NCBI GenBank assembly: GCA_965248435.1
Contig: OZ252100.1
Coordinates: 2,528,001 to 2,592,000, forward strand
Source of the DNA: Candidatus Latescibacterota bacterium
Lineage (GTDB): Bacteria; Latescibacterota; UBA2968; GCA-2709665
Direction: 5' to 3'
Length of the DNA stretch: 64,000 bases
Position numbers and translations under genes: made by a program. The notes beneath the pieces are model-generated. The model searched no databases. It was not told the origin of the DNA and worked only from the letters and a program-made list of their open reading frames with translations. Positions 32,004 through 41,859 of this stretch are shown piece after piece. Each line of letters opens with the position of its first letter. Within the stretch, counting starts at the first letter, position 1.

Positions 32004-33752
32004 ATGATGCCGGAACCGGTCCAGGTCGATCCGATCAAGTTTGAAGTCATCCGAAACGCGCTCGTGGAAGCCACGGAGGAGATGGCGATCGCCCTCCGTC
32101 GCAGCGCCTATTCCACGAACATCAAGACGCGGGCCGACTTCTCCTGCGCCCTGTTCGACAGCCAGTTGAGGACGATCGCCCAGGCCTTCACCCAGCCCGT
32201 ACACCTTGGTTCTTTCGCCGTACACGTGCCCAGGGCGATCCAGGCCTACGGGCCCGAGAATCTAGGGCCCGGAGACGCCATCCTCTCCAACGACCCCTAT
32301 CTGGGGGGTGTCCACCTCAACGACATCACCCTCATCTCGCCCGTTTATCACGAGGACCAGCTGTTTGGATACCTGGCCAACCTGGCTCACCACGTAGATG
32401 TGGGCGGCGGTGCCCCGGCCAGCATCGGTGCCTTCCGGGAAGTCTTTCAGGAAGGCATCACCATCCCCCCCGTCAAGCTCGTTGAAGCGGGCAGGATGGT
32501 TCAGGATGTCTTCGACCTGGTCCTCGCCCAGATTCGTTCCAAACACGAGACCGCCGGAGACTTTCGCGCCCAGATCGCGGCCAACAACACCGGAGCCCGA
32601 CGACTGAAGGCCCTGCTGGACCGAATAGGATCTGAGACGGTCGCCTCCTATACGGAGGAGCTGATCGCCTATACGAGACGTCGTGCACAAGCAGAAGTCA
32701 GCAAGCTTCCGAAGGGCGTCTTCACGGCGGAAAGCCTTCTGGACAATGACGGCTTCACAGACGAACCCGTGCACCTGGCCGTGAAAGTCGTCATCGACAG
32801 CGACGGTGTCTGTTTCGACCTGACAGGGTGTGACCACCAGCGACCCGCCCCGGTGAACGCCACATACTCGCAGACGTTTGCCGCCTGTGCCTACGTGCTC
32901 AAGTGCCTGATCGACCCCGATGTGCCCGTGAATGCCGGCTTCTACGACCTCGTGCGCTTAGTCGCGCCGGAGGGCACGGTCGTCAACTGCGAGCCCCCGG
33001 CCCCGGTGGTCGGCGGTTGGGAGACGAACCAGAGGATATCCGAAATGATTCTCAAAGCGCTTTCAACAGCCATTCCCGATGCCGTCCCGGCCGGCACCAA
33101 GGGGATGATGTGCCAGGTGGGGTTCGGTGGCACCGACCCGCGAACCGGCGAGCTCTATGCCTTCTACGAAACGGTCGCAGGCGGTTACGGAGGTCGGGTG
33201 GCCAGCGACGGTCCCGATGCGGTCCAGAGCCACGGGCAGAATACCGAAAATGCCCCGATCGAGGAGATCGAGATCAACTACCCGCTGAGGATCACACGTT
33301 ACGAACTCGTCGAGCAATCCGAAGGCGCCGGAAGGCATCGCGGAGGACTCGGGCTGCGCCGTGACTACCTGTTCACGAACCACGAAGTCTCCTTCACGAT
33401 CCTCGCCGACCGCGACCGCTGGGGTCCCTGGGGCCTCTTCGGCGGCCAGTCCGGAAGCAAGGCCAGCTATCTCCTGAATCCGGACGGCGATGCCGTCGAA
33501 TTGGGATCCAAAGTGACCGTTCAGCTTCGGCCGGGGGATGTCGTGAGCTATCGCACCTGCGGCGGGGGCGGGTATGGCCCGCCCCGGGAACGCCACCCCG
33601 ATCGCGTACTTCGCGACGTGCGAGACGGTAAGGTGAGCCGAGAACGCGCGTTGGAGGTCTACGGCGTAGTGATCGAAGCGGAACGCTGGACGGTAGACGA
33701 ACCAGAAACGGCGCTTCTACGAGAGCAATCCGCAGGACGGACAAACGCTTGA
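32004..33752 (+). CDS. hydantoinase B / 5-oxoprolinase family protein, copy 1
   Basis: AYSTNIK..DFSCA, PVHLG, NDPYLGGVHLNDI, AHHVDVGG, GAGRHRGGLG, GGGGYG. Confidence 0.93.
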   Translation: MMPEPVQVDPIKFEVIRNALVEATEEMAIALRRSAYSTNIKTRADFSCALFDSQLRTIAQAFTQPVHLGSFAVHVPRAIQAYGPENLGPGDAILSNDPYLGGVHLNDITLISPVYHEDQLFGYLANLAHHVDVGGGAPASIGAFREVFQEGITIPPVKLVEAGRMVQDVFDLVLAQIRSKHETAGDFRAQIAANNTGARRLKALLDRIGSETVASYTEELIAYTRRRAQAEVSKLPKGVFTAESLLDNDGFTDEPVHLAVKVVIDSDGVCFDLTGCDHQRPAPVNATYSQTFAACAYVLKCLIDPDVPVNAGFYDLVRLVAPEGTVVNCEPPAPVVGGWETNQRISEMILKALSTAIPDAVPAGTKGMMCQVGFGGTDPRTGELYAFYETVAGGYGGRVASDGPDAVQSHGQNTENAPIEEIEINYPLRITRYELVEQSEGAGRHRGGLGLRRDYLFTNHEVSFTILADRDRWGPWGLFGGQSGSKASYLLNPDGDAVELGSKVTVQLRPGDVVSYRTCGGGGYGPPRERHPDRVLRDVRDGKVSRERALEVYGVVIEAERWTVDEPETALLREQSAGRTNA

Positions 33753-33795
33753 TGAAACGGGAAGATTCATATCATGTGGCACCGGCAGACGAGCC

Positions 33796-33943
33796 GCCCG
33801 TGTAACACAATGAAGAACTGATCAAACGGCCGGCTGAGCTGCCCGTGTAACACAATGAAGAACTGATCAAACGGCCGGCTGAGCTGCCCGTGTAACACAA
33901 TGAAGAACTGATCAAACAGCCGGCTGAGTTGCCCGTGGCACAC
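33796..33943. repeat. 45-bp tandem repeat, three full copies plus a partial copy
   Basis: Unit gcccgtgtaacacaatgaagaactgatcaaacggccggctgagct at 33796, 33841, 33886 (two substitutions); partial at 33931. Confidence 0.92.
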
Positions 33944-34116
33944 GTGATTAGATCCGGTCTTACGATCCACGAACAACGAACAACGATTCACGGGTTTGCG
34001 GTACCCGGTACCCGTGTTTTGATTTCTCGGGGCGACGCAGGCGTCGCCCCCAAACCGTCAGGTCTCTGTAACCTATCTACCTATCCCGGTACCCGGTCTT
34101 ATAGGAGGTGTAATCG

Positions 34117-36216
34117 ATGGCGGTGAAGCACCGTTTGGGCGTAGACATCGGGGGAACATTTACGGACTCTACGCTCATCAACGAAGAGACCGGAGAGATC
34201 CGCGTCGGCAAAGTCTCTTCCACGCCCGGTGATCCCTCTCTCGGCTTTATGGAGGCCACCCACCGCATCCTGCGTGAAGCAAACGTTGCGCCCGAGGACG
34301 TCAGCTACGTCGTTCACGGCACCACGGTGGCCACGAATTCGATTATCGAGGGCAAGACGGCCCGGACAGGCTTCATCACCACGGACGGCTTCCGCGACAT
34401 GCTTGAGATCGCCCGGCAGATTCGGCCGAAGCTCTACGACTTGCAGTTCGAGAAGCCCCGACCGCTGGTGCCTCGATACCTCTGTATCGGCGTGCCCGAG
34501 CGGCTGGATGCCAAGGGAAACGTGCTCACGCCGCTGGACGAGCAGGCCGTCAAAGCGGCAGCGCATCAGCTCCGCCAGGAAGGCGTGGAATCGATCGCCG
34601 TCTGTCTCCTCCACGCCTATGCGAACCCCGCTCACGAAAAGCGCATCGGTGAAATCCTTCGGGAGGAATTCCCGGAAGCGGTAATCTCCCTTTCTGCGGA
34701 GGTCGCCCCGGAATTCCGTGAATACTTCCGGGCGAGCACCGTGGTCATCAATGCGTGCATACGGCCGGTCGTCGAGCGATACCTCAAGAGCATCGAAGCC
34801 CGGCTGCGCGAAGAAGGGCTGACGGCGGAACTGCTGGTCATGCAGAGCAGCGGGGGCGTCCTGACCTTTTCGGCGGCCAGTGAGAAGCCGGTCTTCATGG
34901 TCGAATCCGGCCCTGCGGCGGGCGTGATCGCAGCCACACACCTGGGGACGACGCTGGGATATCCGGACGTCATCTCATTCGACATGGGAGGGACCACGGC
35001 CAAAGTCGGGCTGGTCCAGGACGGCACGCCGCAGATCACGAAGGACTACGAAGTCGGGGCGACGGCACAGAGCGGTGCGGGGGCCTCACGGAGCGGAGGC
35101 TATCCCATCCGTACCCCGGTGATCGATCTCGTCGAGATCGGGGCGGGCGGAGGGTCCATCGCCTGGGTCGATTCCGGCGGCGTGTTGCGTGTCGGGCCGC
35201 AAAGTGCCGGCGCCGACCCCGGCCCGGCCTGTTATGGCAAGGGAGGCAAGGAGCCGACGATCACCGATGCCAACCTCGTCCTTGGGCGCCTGAACCCCGC
35301 CTATTTCCTGGGGGGTGAAATCGAACTGGATCTGGCGGCAGCGCACGAGGCCATAAAGGAGAAATGCGCCGATCCGCTCGGGCTGGAGCTCGTAGAAACG
35401 GCCCACGGCATCGTGGAAATCGCCAATTCCGCGATGGTGAACGCCGTGCGCCTGGTCTCAGTCCAGCGGGGTTACGACCCGCGGGACTTTGTCCTCGTGG
35501 GCTTCGGCGGTGCCGGGCCGCTGCACGCCAACCGCCTCGCAGCGGAGATGGAGATCACGACCACGCTCCTCCCGATGAGCCCCGGGACCCACTCGGCGAT
35601 GGGGCTGCTGGTGACCGATCTCAAGCACGACTACGCCACGACGCTCATCGAGCGGATCGACCGGCTCGACCTGGCCGCCGTGGAGAAGGCCTTCCAGGAT
35701 ATGGAGCGGCAGGGACGGACCATCCTTGAACAGGAAAACGTGCGCGGGGAGGAGATGCGCTTTCTGCGGCAGGTGGAGATGCGCTACGTGGGGCAAAGCT
35801 ACGAACTCACCGTGCCGCTGCCCGATGGCAGACTCCAACCCGCCGAGGTCGCTTCCGTCCTGGAGCGGTTTCACCAGGAGCACGACCGCGCTTACGGCTA
35901 CAACGCCCCCGATGAGCCGGCCGAATTCGTAAATCTCCGGGTTTCGGCCATCGGAGAAATACTCAAACCCAGGCTGCGCGAATTGGGGAATGGGAAAAGC
36001 GGGCCTTCAGGCCCGAAAGACACGCGTTCCGTCTACTTCGCCGAAAACAGAGGTTTCATCGAAACGCCGATCTACGACCGCTATGCCCTCGGTCACGACG
36101 ACGTCATCCAGGGCCCCGCGGTCATCGAAGAAATCGATTCGACCTCGGTAATACATCCAGGCTACCGGGTTCGGGTCGACAAATTCGGAAACCTGGTCCT
36201 GACGCGGGGTGCCTAG
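34117..36216 (+). CDS. hydantoinase A / 5-oxoprolinase family protein (ATP-binding subunit)
   Basis: GVDIGGTFTD, HGTTVATN, ESGPAAG, DMGGTT, GAGGGSIA, FGGAGPLH; RBS aggaggt. Confidence 0.94.
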   Translation: MAVKHRLGVDIGGTFTDSTLINEETGEIRVGKVSSTPGDPSLGFMEATHRILREANVAPEDVSYVVHGTTVATNSIIEGKTARTGFITTDGFRDMLEIARQIRPKLYDLQFEKPRPLVPRYLCIGVPERLDAKGNVLTPLDEQAVKAAAHQLRQEGVESIAVCLLHAYANPAHEKRIGEILREEFPEAVISLSAEVAPEFREYFRASTVVINACIRPVVERYLKSIEARLREEGLTAELLVMQSSGGVLTFSAASEKPVFMVESGPAAGVIAATHLGTTLGYPDVISFDMGGTTAKVGLVQDGTPQITKDYEVGATAQSGAGASRSGGYPIRTPVIDLVEIGAGGGSIAWVDSGGVLRVGPQSAGADPGPACYGKGGKEPTITDANLVLGRLNPAYFLGGEIELDLAAAHEAIKEKCADPLGLELVETAHGIVEIANSAMVNAVRLVSVQRGYDPRDFVLVGFGGAGPLHANRLAAEMEITTTLLPMSPGTHSAMGLLVTDLKHDYATTLIERIDRLDLAAVEKAFQDMERQGRTILEQENVRGEEMRFLRQVEMRYVGQSYELTVPLPDGRLQPAEVASVLERFHQEHDRAYGYNAPDEPAEFVNLRVSAIGEILKPRLRELGNGKSGPSGPKDTRSVYFAENRGFIETPIYDRYALGHDDVIQGPAVIEEIDSTSVIHPGYRVRVDKFGNLVLTRGA

Positions 36217-38009
36217 TGTCCAAAGCCAGATCTACAGGTAATTACCCCGACGCCTACCGAAGGATCGAGAGCAAGATTGCGGATGGCCACTGCGTCGTTC
36301 TGGACGGTGGAGTCTCCACCGAACTGGAACGCGTTCTAAAGCAGGACCACCACATCAGCGATAAGGGCCTTTGGGGCACCTGGGCACTCTATCATGCCCC
36401 TTACGCCGTGCTCGAGGTCCATCGTCGCTACGTCGCGGCGGAGTGTGACCTGATCTCGACCAACACCTGGGCGATTATGAGTGCTCCGGAGATGGAAACG
36501 CACAGTATGGTCGAGTACACCGATCTCAGGCACTGGTTGGATATGGCGAGACTCGGCATAGGACTGGCGCGTCAGGCCGTTGAAGAGGAAGGAAAGACGG
36601 GCCAATGCGCGGTGGCGTTCAGCGTCGATGGGGACGTGGATGGGAAGCAGGACCTCGACAGACTCCAGCTGCTCACCAGAGTATTCGAGGAGGACCCGCC
36701 CGATCTGATCGCCATGGAGACGATGACACTGATTCGGGACGGACTGACGCTTCCGGCAGTAGAGATCATGCTCGGGACAGGGCTCCCGGTCTGGCTCAGC
36801 TTCCGACGCTGCCGACACGGCGTTTGTGGCGTCTTCGGCCAGCATTGGGGAGGGCCGGAAGGGGATCTGTTCGGACGGGCGGCCGGCAAGTTCGAAGAGA
36901 TGGGCGTGGGCGCCCTGTCGGTAAACTGTCTGCCCGAAGACCACGTGCCGGGGATGATATCGTGGCTGCGAGACTTCACCGATATGCCCCTGGGGGCCTA
37001 CCCCAACCTGGGGCGCTATCTGGATCCGGGGTGGAAGTTCGACGACAAGATCGGGCCTGAAGAGTACGCGCAGCTTGCCCTCGGGTGGCGCAAGGAGGGG
37101 GCTCAGATCGTGGGCGGATGCTGCGGGGTCACACCAGACCACATGAAGGCAGTGCGTGCGAAGCTTGAGGACACCAAGCCTGGAAGACAGCGGCCCGATT
37201 TCGCCGATCGCCGAGCCTCACGCGCTGTCGATTCCTCAGAGCATCAGCATCGGCCCTCCAGGAGACATAGACCCTGGGTCGATGAAAGAGATCGCGTCCT
37301 GTTTCCCGTTCCCTTTCCAGAAATCGTCTGCGATCCGGAAGTCTTCCGTCCGACCCAGGGTAGTTTCCTCATCTGGAAACATCTGTTTCATTCTGGATTA
37401 GGAAAAGGCAAGCGGTGCCTGGACGTGGGGTGTGGGAGTGGGATTCTGTCCGTTCAGCTGGCCTTGAATGGAGCCGAGCACGTCGATGCATTCGACATCC
37501 AGCGCGAAGCCGTCGCGAACACGATGGCGAATGCGTTTCGCAACGGGGTTTCGGATCAGGTCAGTGGGAAAGTAGTAGACCTTTATACCTACCTTCCGGA
37601 GGCGCGCTACGACCTCATCGTTGCGAGTCTCTACCAGATGCCGGTGGATCCCACGGGTGAGACGAAGAGCCATCGCCCCGCCGATTTCTGGGGCCGAAAC
37701 CTCCTCGACCATCTGATATCCCTCCTGGCGGAATTTCTGGAAGACGACGGTGTGGCCCTTTTCATGCAGATTTCCGTCCTGGGCCAGCTGCGGACCGCGG
37801 AACTCCTGGAAGATGCGGGTCTCGAAGCCAGGGTGGTCGATTTCAACTTTTTTCATTTCAGTCCGGTGTTCTATGAAAACATCGATCAGATTCGGCGAGT
37901 GGAAGAGATCTCCGATGCGTTCCATTTGAATTTCGCCGAAGATGAAGTGATGGTGATCTACTTGCTCGAGGTAAAAAAACGCTCTGGGACGGAGACACAA
38001 AATGCTTAA
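36216..38009 (+). CDS. fusion: homocysteine S-methyltransferase domain plus class I SAM-dependent methyltransferase
   Basis: N-terminal LDGGVSTEL, VHRRY, Zn ligands VNC and GGCC, AYPN; C-terminal LDVGCGSG, AFDI, YDLIVAS. Confidence 0.85.
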   Translation: MSKARSTGNYPDAYRRIESKIADGHCVVLDGGVSTELERVLKQDHHISDKGLWGTWALYHAPYAVLEVHRRYVAAECDLISTNTWAIMSAPEMETHSMVEYTDLRHWLDMARLGIGLARQAVEEEGKTGQCAVAFSVDGDVDGKQDLDRLQLLTRVFEEDPPDLIAMETMTLIRDGLTLPAVEIMLGTGLPVWLSFRRCRHGVCGVFGQHWGGPEGDLFGRAAGKFEEMGVGALSVNCLPEDHVPGMISWLRDFTDMPLGAYPNLGRYLDPGWKFDDKIGPEEYAQLALGWRKEGAQIVGGCCGVTPDHMKAVRAKLEDTKPGRQRPDFADRRASRAVDSSEHQHRPSRRHRPWVDERDRVLFPVPFPEIVCDPEVFRPTQGSFLIWKHLFHSGLGKGKRCLDVGCGSGILSVQLALNGAEHVDAFDIQREAVANTMANAFRNGVSDQVSGKVVDLYTYLPEARYDLIVASLYQMPVDPTGETKSHRPADFWGRNLLDHLISLLAEFLEDDGVALFMQISVLGQLRTAELLEDAGLEARVVDFNFFHFSPVFYENIDQIRRVEEISDAFHLNFAEDEVMVIYLLEVKKRSGTETQNA

Positions 38010-38426
38010 GACAGCGGATGCGCGAGATCCTCGCCGGATTGACCCCGCATAAGGAGGTGGAGCCGGTCGATATCGACGACTATGACCCCGCCCCGGATGA
38101 AAAGACCCGCAAGCGCATCGAGCGTGGTCTCTTGTCAGCGGATGCCCGCGCTGACAGCGGCCGAATACGTCAAGGGCTGGGGCTCGATATACACGATCAC
38201 GGACGATTGGCATCCCCTGGTCGGTCCGGAGCCGGGACTCGAAGGCTATTATGCCTGCTTCGGGGGCAGCGGACACGGGTTCAAGCTCGGGCCGCCGATC
38301 GGCGAGGCCTTGAGCGACGTCATCGCGGGAAAAAAGCCGGACATCGACATCCACGCCCTGCGCCCGAACCGCTTCATCGACGGCGAGATCTTCACCTCCG
38401 CGTGGGGCGGAGGCAACAGGGCGTAG
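38002..38426 (+). pseudogene. remnant of an FAD-dependent oxidoreductase (DAO/sarcosine oxidase beta-like)
   Basis: Start MLKTADA overlaps the upstream stop, then jumps to the C-terminal third over two further frames (WGSIYTITDDWHPLVG, GGSGHGFKLGP, LRPNRF); the GxGxxG FAD motif is missing. Confidence 0.8.
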
Positions 38427-38501
38427 CGAAACTCGATGCGAAGTTGCGATCCTGAGATCGAATGACGCGATCTTGATCTGCAAACTGGAGTCCGAATTGA
38501 T

Positions 38502-40253
38502 ATGACGAGATACGAGATACGAGATACGAGACACGATCCTGTCGATCCCATCAAATTCGAAGTCATCCGCAACGCTCTGCTGGAAGCGACGGAGGAGATG
38601 GCGATCGCGCTCCGCCGTTCCGCCTACTCGACGAACATCAAGACCCGGGCCGATTTTTCCTGTGCGATCTTCGACGGCCGGCTCAGATCCGTCGCCCAGT
38701 CGTTTGCCCAGCCCAATCATCTGGGCTCACTCGTCGTCCTTGCGGCCCGGGCGGTCGAGGTCTATGGTCCCGAAAACCTGGAAGAGGGGGATGCCCTCCT
38801 CATCAACAATCCCTACATGGGTGGCGTGCACCTGAATGACATCGCACTCATCTCTCCCGTCTATGACAAAGGCGAACCCTTCGCCTACGTCGCCAACATG
38901 GCCCACCACATCGACGTCGGCGGCGGAGCCCCGGCGAGTATCGGTGCCTTCCGCGAGGTCTACCAGGAGGGCGTCATCATCCCGCCGGTAAAGCTGGTGA
39001 AAAGAGGACAGATAGATGACGATATCTTTCGGCTCGTCCTCGCGCAGATTCGTTCCAAACGTGAGACGTCCGGTGATTTCCGGGCTCAGGTGGCGGCCAA
39101 CAACACAGGCATACGCCGACTGAACGCCCTGATGGATCGACTGGGAACCGACACCGTCACACGCTACATCGACGAGCTGATCGACTACACGGAACGCCGA
39201 ACAAGGGCCGAGGTCAGCAAACTTCCCAAAGGTGTGTTTACGGCCGACGGATGCGTCGACAACGACGGCTACACAGACAAGCCGGTCCACCTGCAGGTCA
39301 AGATCTTGATCGACGAAGATGGGGTTTTCTTCGATATGTCGGGCTGCGATCCACAGCGCCCGGCGCCTGTGAATTCCACCCACGCGATGACCTTTTCCGC
39401 CTGCGCCTACGTCCTGAAGTGTCTAATGGACCCCGATGTGCCGGTAAATGCGGGGTTCTACAGCCAGGTACGCATGGTGGCACCGGAGGGCACGGTCGTC
39501 AACTGCACGCCGCCCTACCCGGTCGTGGGAGGTTGGGAGACACAGGTTCGTATGACGGACGTCATGTTGAAGGCCCTTGCGGATGCCGTTCCTGACCAGA
39601 TTTGTGCCGGCGGCAAGGCCATGCAGTGTCACGTCGGGTTCGGCGGCAAGGATCCCCGCACGGGCGAATACTACTGCTATCTTGAAACCCTGGCCGGCGG
39701 CTACGGCGCCAGGGCGACGACGGATGGGCCGGACGCCGTTCAGGCCCACGGGCAGAACACCGAGAATGCACCGATCGAGGAAGTCGAAGCCAGCTATCCG
39801 GTCCGCATCATCCGCTACGAGCTCGTGAATGATTCGGAAGGAGCCGGCAGGTCCAGAGGCGGGCTCGGCCTGCGACGCGACTACCTGTTCTTCGACCACG
39901 GGCCCTCCTTTACGGTCCTGGCCGATCGCGATCGGTGGGGGCCGTGGGGGCTCTTCGGCGGACAGCCCGGTCTGAAGGCCAGCTATATCATGAACCCGGA
40001 GGGTGAGACAGAAGTCCTGAGCTCGAAGGTGACGCTGCAGCTCAGTCCGGGAGATGTAATCAGTTACCGGACGTGCGGCGGCGGAGGTTACGGCCCTCCG
40101 GTAGAACGCGACCCGGAAAGGGTACTTCGCGACGTGCGGGATGGAAAAGTCAGTCCGTCACGCGCCCGAGACGTCTACCGCGTCGCGATCGACGCGGTGT
40201 CCTGGAGGGTCGACGAAGCGGAGACGGCAAAGCTGAGAGGTCAAGGGGCGTAA
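38502..40253 (+). CDS. hydantoinase B / 5-oxoprolinase family protein, copy 2
   Basis: Clear paralog of 32004-33752 (VDPIKFEVIRNAL, AHHIDVGG); a 7-bp acgagat repeat lies within its first codons. Confidence 0.93.
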   Translation: MTRYEIRDTRHDPVDPIKFEVIRNALLEATEEMAIALRRSAYSTNIKTRADFSCAIFDGRLRSVAQSFAQPNHLGSLVVLAARAVEVYGPENLEEGDALLINNPYMGGVHLNDIALISPVYDKGEPFAYVANMAHHIDVGGGAPASIGAFREVYQEGVIIPPVKLVKRGQIDDDIFRLVLAQIRSKRETSGDFRAQVAANNTGIRRLNALMDRLGTDTVTRYIDELIDYTERRTRAEVSKLPKGVFTADGCVDNDGYTDKPVHLQVKILIDEDGVFFDMSGCDPQRPAPVNSTHAMTFSACAYVLKCLMDPDVPVNAGFYSQVRMVAPEGTVVNCTPPYPVVGGWETQVRMTDVMLKALADAVPDQICAGGKAMQCHVGFGGKDPRTGEYYCYLETLAGGYGARATTDGPDAVQAHGQNTENAPIEEVEASYPVRIIRYELVNDSEGAGRSRGGLGLRRDYLFFDHGPSFTVLADRDRWGPWGLFGGQPGLKASYIMNPEGETEVLSSKVTLQLSPGDVISYRTCGGGGYGPPVERDPERVLRDVRDGKVSPSRARDVYRVAIDAVSWRVDEAETAKLRGQGA

Positions 40254-40254
40254 G

Positions 40255-40734
40255 ATGTCATTATCACGCGAACAGATGGAAAGGTCTATCTGCGGCTATT
40301 TCGACGGCTGCAACGAGGCAGATGCCGAAAAGATCATGAGCTACATGACGGCGGACGCCGTTCACTATTTTCCGGAGGGCGGCCCTTTTGGCGCGCTGCG
40401 GGGAGCGCGGGCGATCGCCGACTGCTGGGTCACCTGCGTGAAGCAGCTCGGCTCGTGCTGGACCGTCGACCACCTGATTGTTGACCCCGAGGCCGGAGAA
40501 GCTGTGATCGAATGGACCCATTTCAAGCCCAGGGCCGGTCAGATCCTGCGTGGCGACGAGTGGTACCGGTTCAATGATGAGGGACGGATTACCGAGATCA
40601 AGGCCTACTACGCATGCCCGACACACGAAGGCATCGACGTGCATCAGATCGGCGGATATCACTATGCGGAAAAGGGTTACGCTGTGGAGCCGCCGCCCGA
40701 GGTGATCGCTGCACGCCTGCAATTAGGCAGATGA
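40255..40734 (+). CDS. SnoaL/NTF2-like protein
   Basis: YFDGCN..D, DAVHYFP, RGARAI, EAVIEW, RITEIKAYY. Confidence 0.82.
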   Translation: MSLSREQMERSICGYFDGCNEADAEKIMSYMTADAVHYFPEGGPFGALRGARAIADCWVTCVKQLGSCWTVDHLIVDPEAGEAVIEWTHFKPRAGQILRGDEWYRFNDEGRITEIKAYYACPTHEGIDVHQIGGYHYAEKGYAVEPPPEVIAARLQLGR

Positions 40735-40876
40735 ATAAAAGTTCATCCGACAGATCAATCTTCTTATATTATGTAATATGCTTTCGCTGGCTACTATTCA
40801 AGTTTCGGAGTTTCCTTCCAGGTGACCTCCTGGTCCAGCGTGCAAAGGACCTCCGAATTTAACCAACAGGACTTCA

Positions 40877-41776
40877 ATGACAACTGTGACCGATTCTATT
40901 GAACCTGAATCACCTGCACGTCCACCCTACGATCTCGCCAAGCTCGCGTTCGTCTGGTCCATTCACACGTTGGCTTTGGCCGCAATCGTGCTCTGGGTTT
41001 TGGGTGCTTTTACTGTTTCGATGGCGACCCTTGGCCTCGCCGCTGTGTGGTTTACGCTCAGTTCTACGTCGATCACAGCTGGCTACCATCGCCTGTTTTC
41101 GCACAAGACTTATAAAGCGACTTGGCCGGTCGAGCTCTTCTACCTCCTCGCCGGCAGCGCCGCGATGCAGGGTTCTGCGCTTCAGTGGTCTGCCCAGCAT
41201 AGGGACCACCATACGTTTACGGATCAACCAAAAGATCCCTACAATATCAAACTGGGATTCTGGTATGCTCACATGGGGTGGGTAGTGAGGAAAACCAGCC
41301 CGGACTATGCGCGCGTCTCCGATCTGGACAAGAGTGCGCTTCTGCGTTTTCAGCACAATCTATTTGTCCCCGTTTCAATGCTTACGTGCTTCGTCCTGCC
41401 CTTAGCAATCGGCGCGTTGTGGCACGAGGGAATCGCCGCACTCATGGTGGCCGGATTCCTGCGGCTCACGATCCAGTGGCATATGACATTCTGCGTCAAC
41501 TCCGTCGCCCACTACTGGGGAAGCCAGAAGTATTCGGTCAAACAGTCAGCCCGAGGAAGCTGGTGGTTCTCGTTCCTGGTGTGGGGAGAAATGGACCACA
41601 ACTTTCACCATCGGTTCCCGAACGACTTTCGTACCGGCGTCCACTGGTGGGATTTCGACCCGGCCAAGTGGTGGATCTTCCTTTGTTCGAAAGTAAAGCT
41701 GGCCTCAAATCTCAGATCCACCCATGCCGCCAAAATACAGGAGGCAGTCGGCGACGTAACGATGGGGCAGGCGTAA
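40877..41776 (+). CDS. acyl-CoA (delta-9-like) fatty acid desaturase
   Basis: His boxes HRLFSH, HRDHH, HNFHH; VNSVAH. Confidence 0.92.
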   Translation: MTTVTDSIEPESPARPPYDLAKLAFVWSIHTLALAAIVLWVLGAFTVSMATLGLAAVWFTLSSTSITAGYHRLFSHKTYKATWPVELFYLLAGSAAMQGSALQWSAQHRDHHTFTDQPKDPYNIKLGFWYAHMGWVVRKTSPDYARVSDLDKSALLRFQHNLFVPVSMLTCFVLPLAIGALWHEGIAALMVAGFLRLTIQWHMTFCVNSVAHYWGSQKYSVKQSARGSWWFSFLVWGEMDHNFHHRFPNDFRTGVHWWDFDPAKWWIFLCSKVKLASNLRSTHAAKIQEAVGDVTMGQA

Positions 41777-41805
41777 CCCTTCGAATCGGGTCGAGCATAT
41801 ACAAA

Positions 41806-41836
41806 GAGGGCTTACACGGACAACGTGTAAGCCCTC
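41806..41836. terminator. hairpin between convergent genes
   Basis: gagggcttacacg-gacaa-cgtgtaagccctc perfect 13-bp stem. Confidence 0.6.
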
Positions 41837-41859
41837 GATCTTGTTTGATCGGCGATGCG

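Noticed and set aside
33796-33943. CRISPR array
   Set aside because: The units are contiguous near-identical tandem copies without unique spacers, and no cas genes are recognisable.
33767-33991. 74-aa minus-strand repeat peptide as a RiPP precursor
   Set aside because: The frame is open only because the 45-bp unit is a multiple of 3; it is antisense within an operon and has no clear RBS or modifying enzymes.
27037-38720. Long antisense ORFs (27037-28341, 34099-34941, 37398-38720)
   Set aside because: Shadow frames of well-supported plus-strand genes in high-GC DNA, with no motifs of their own.
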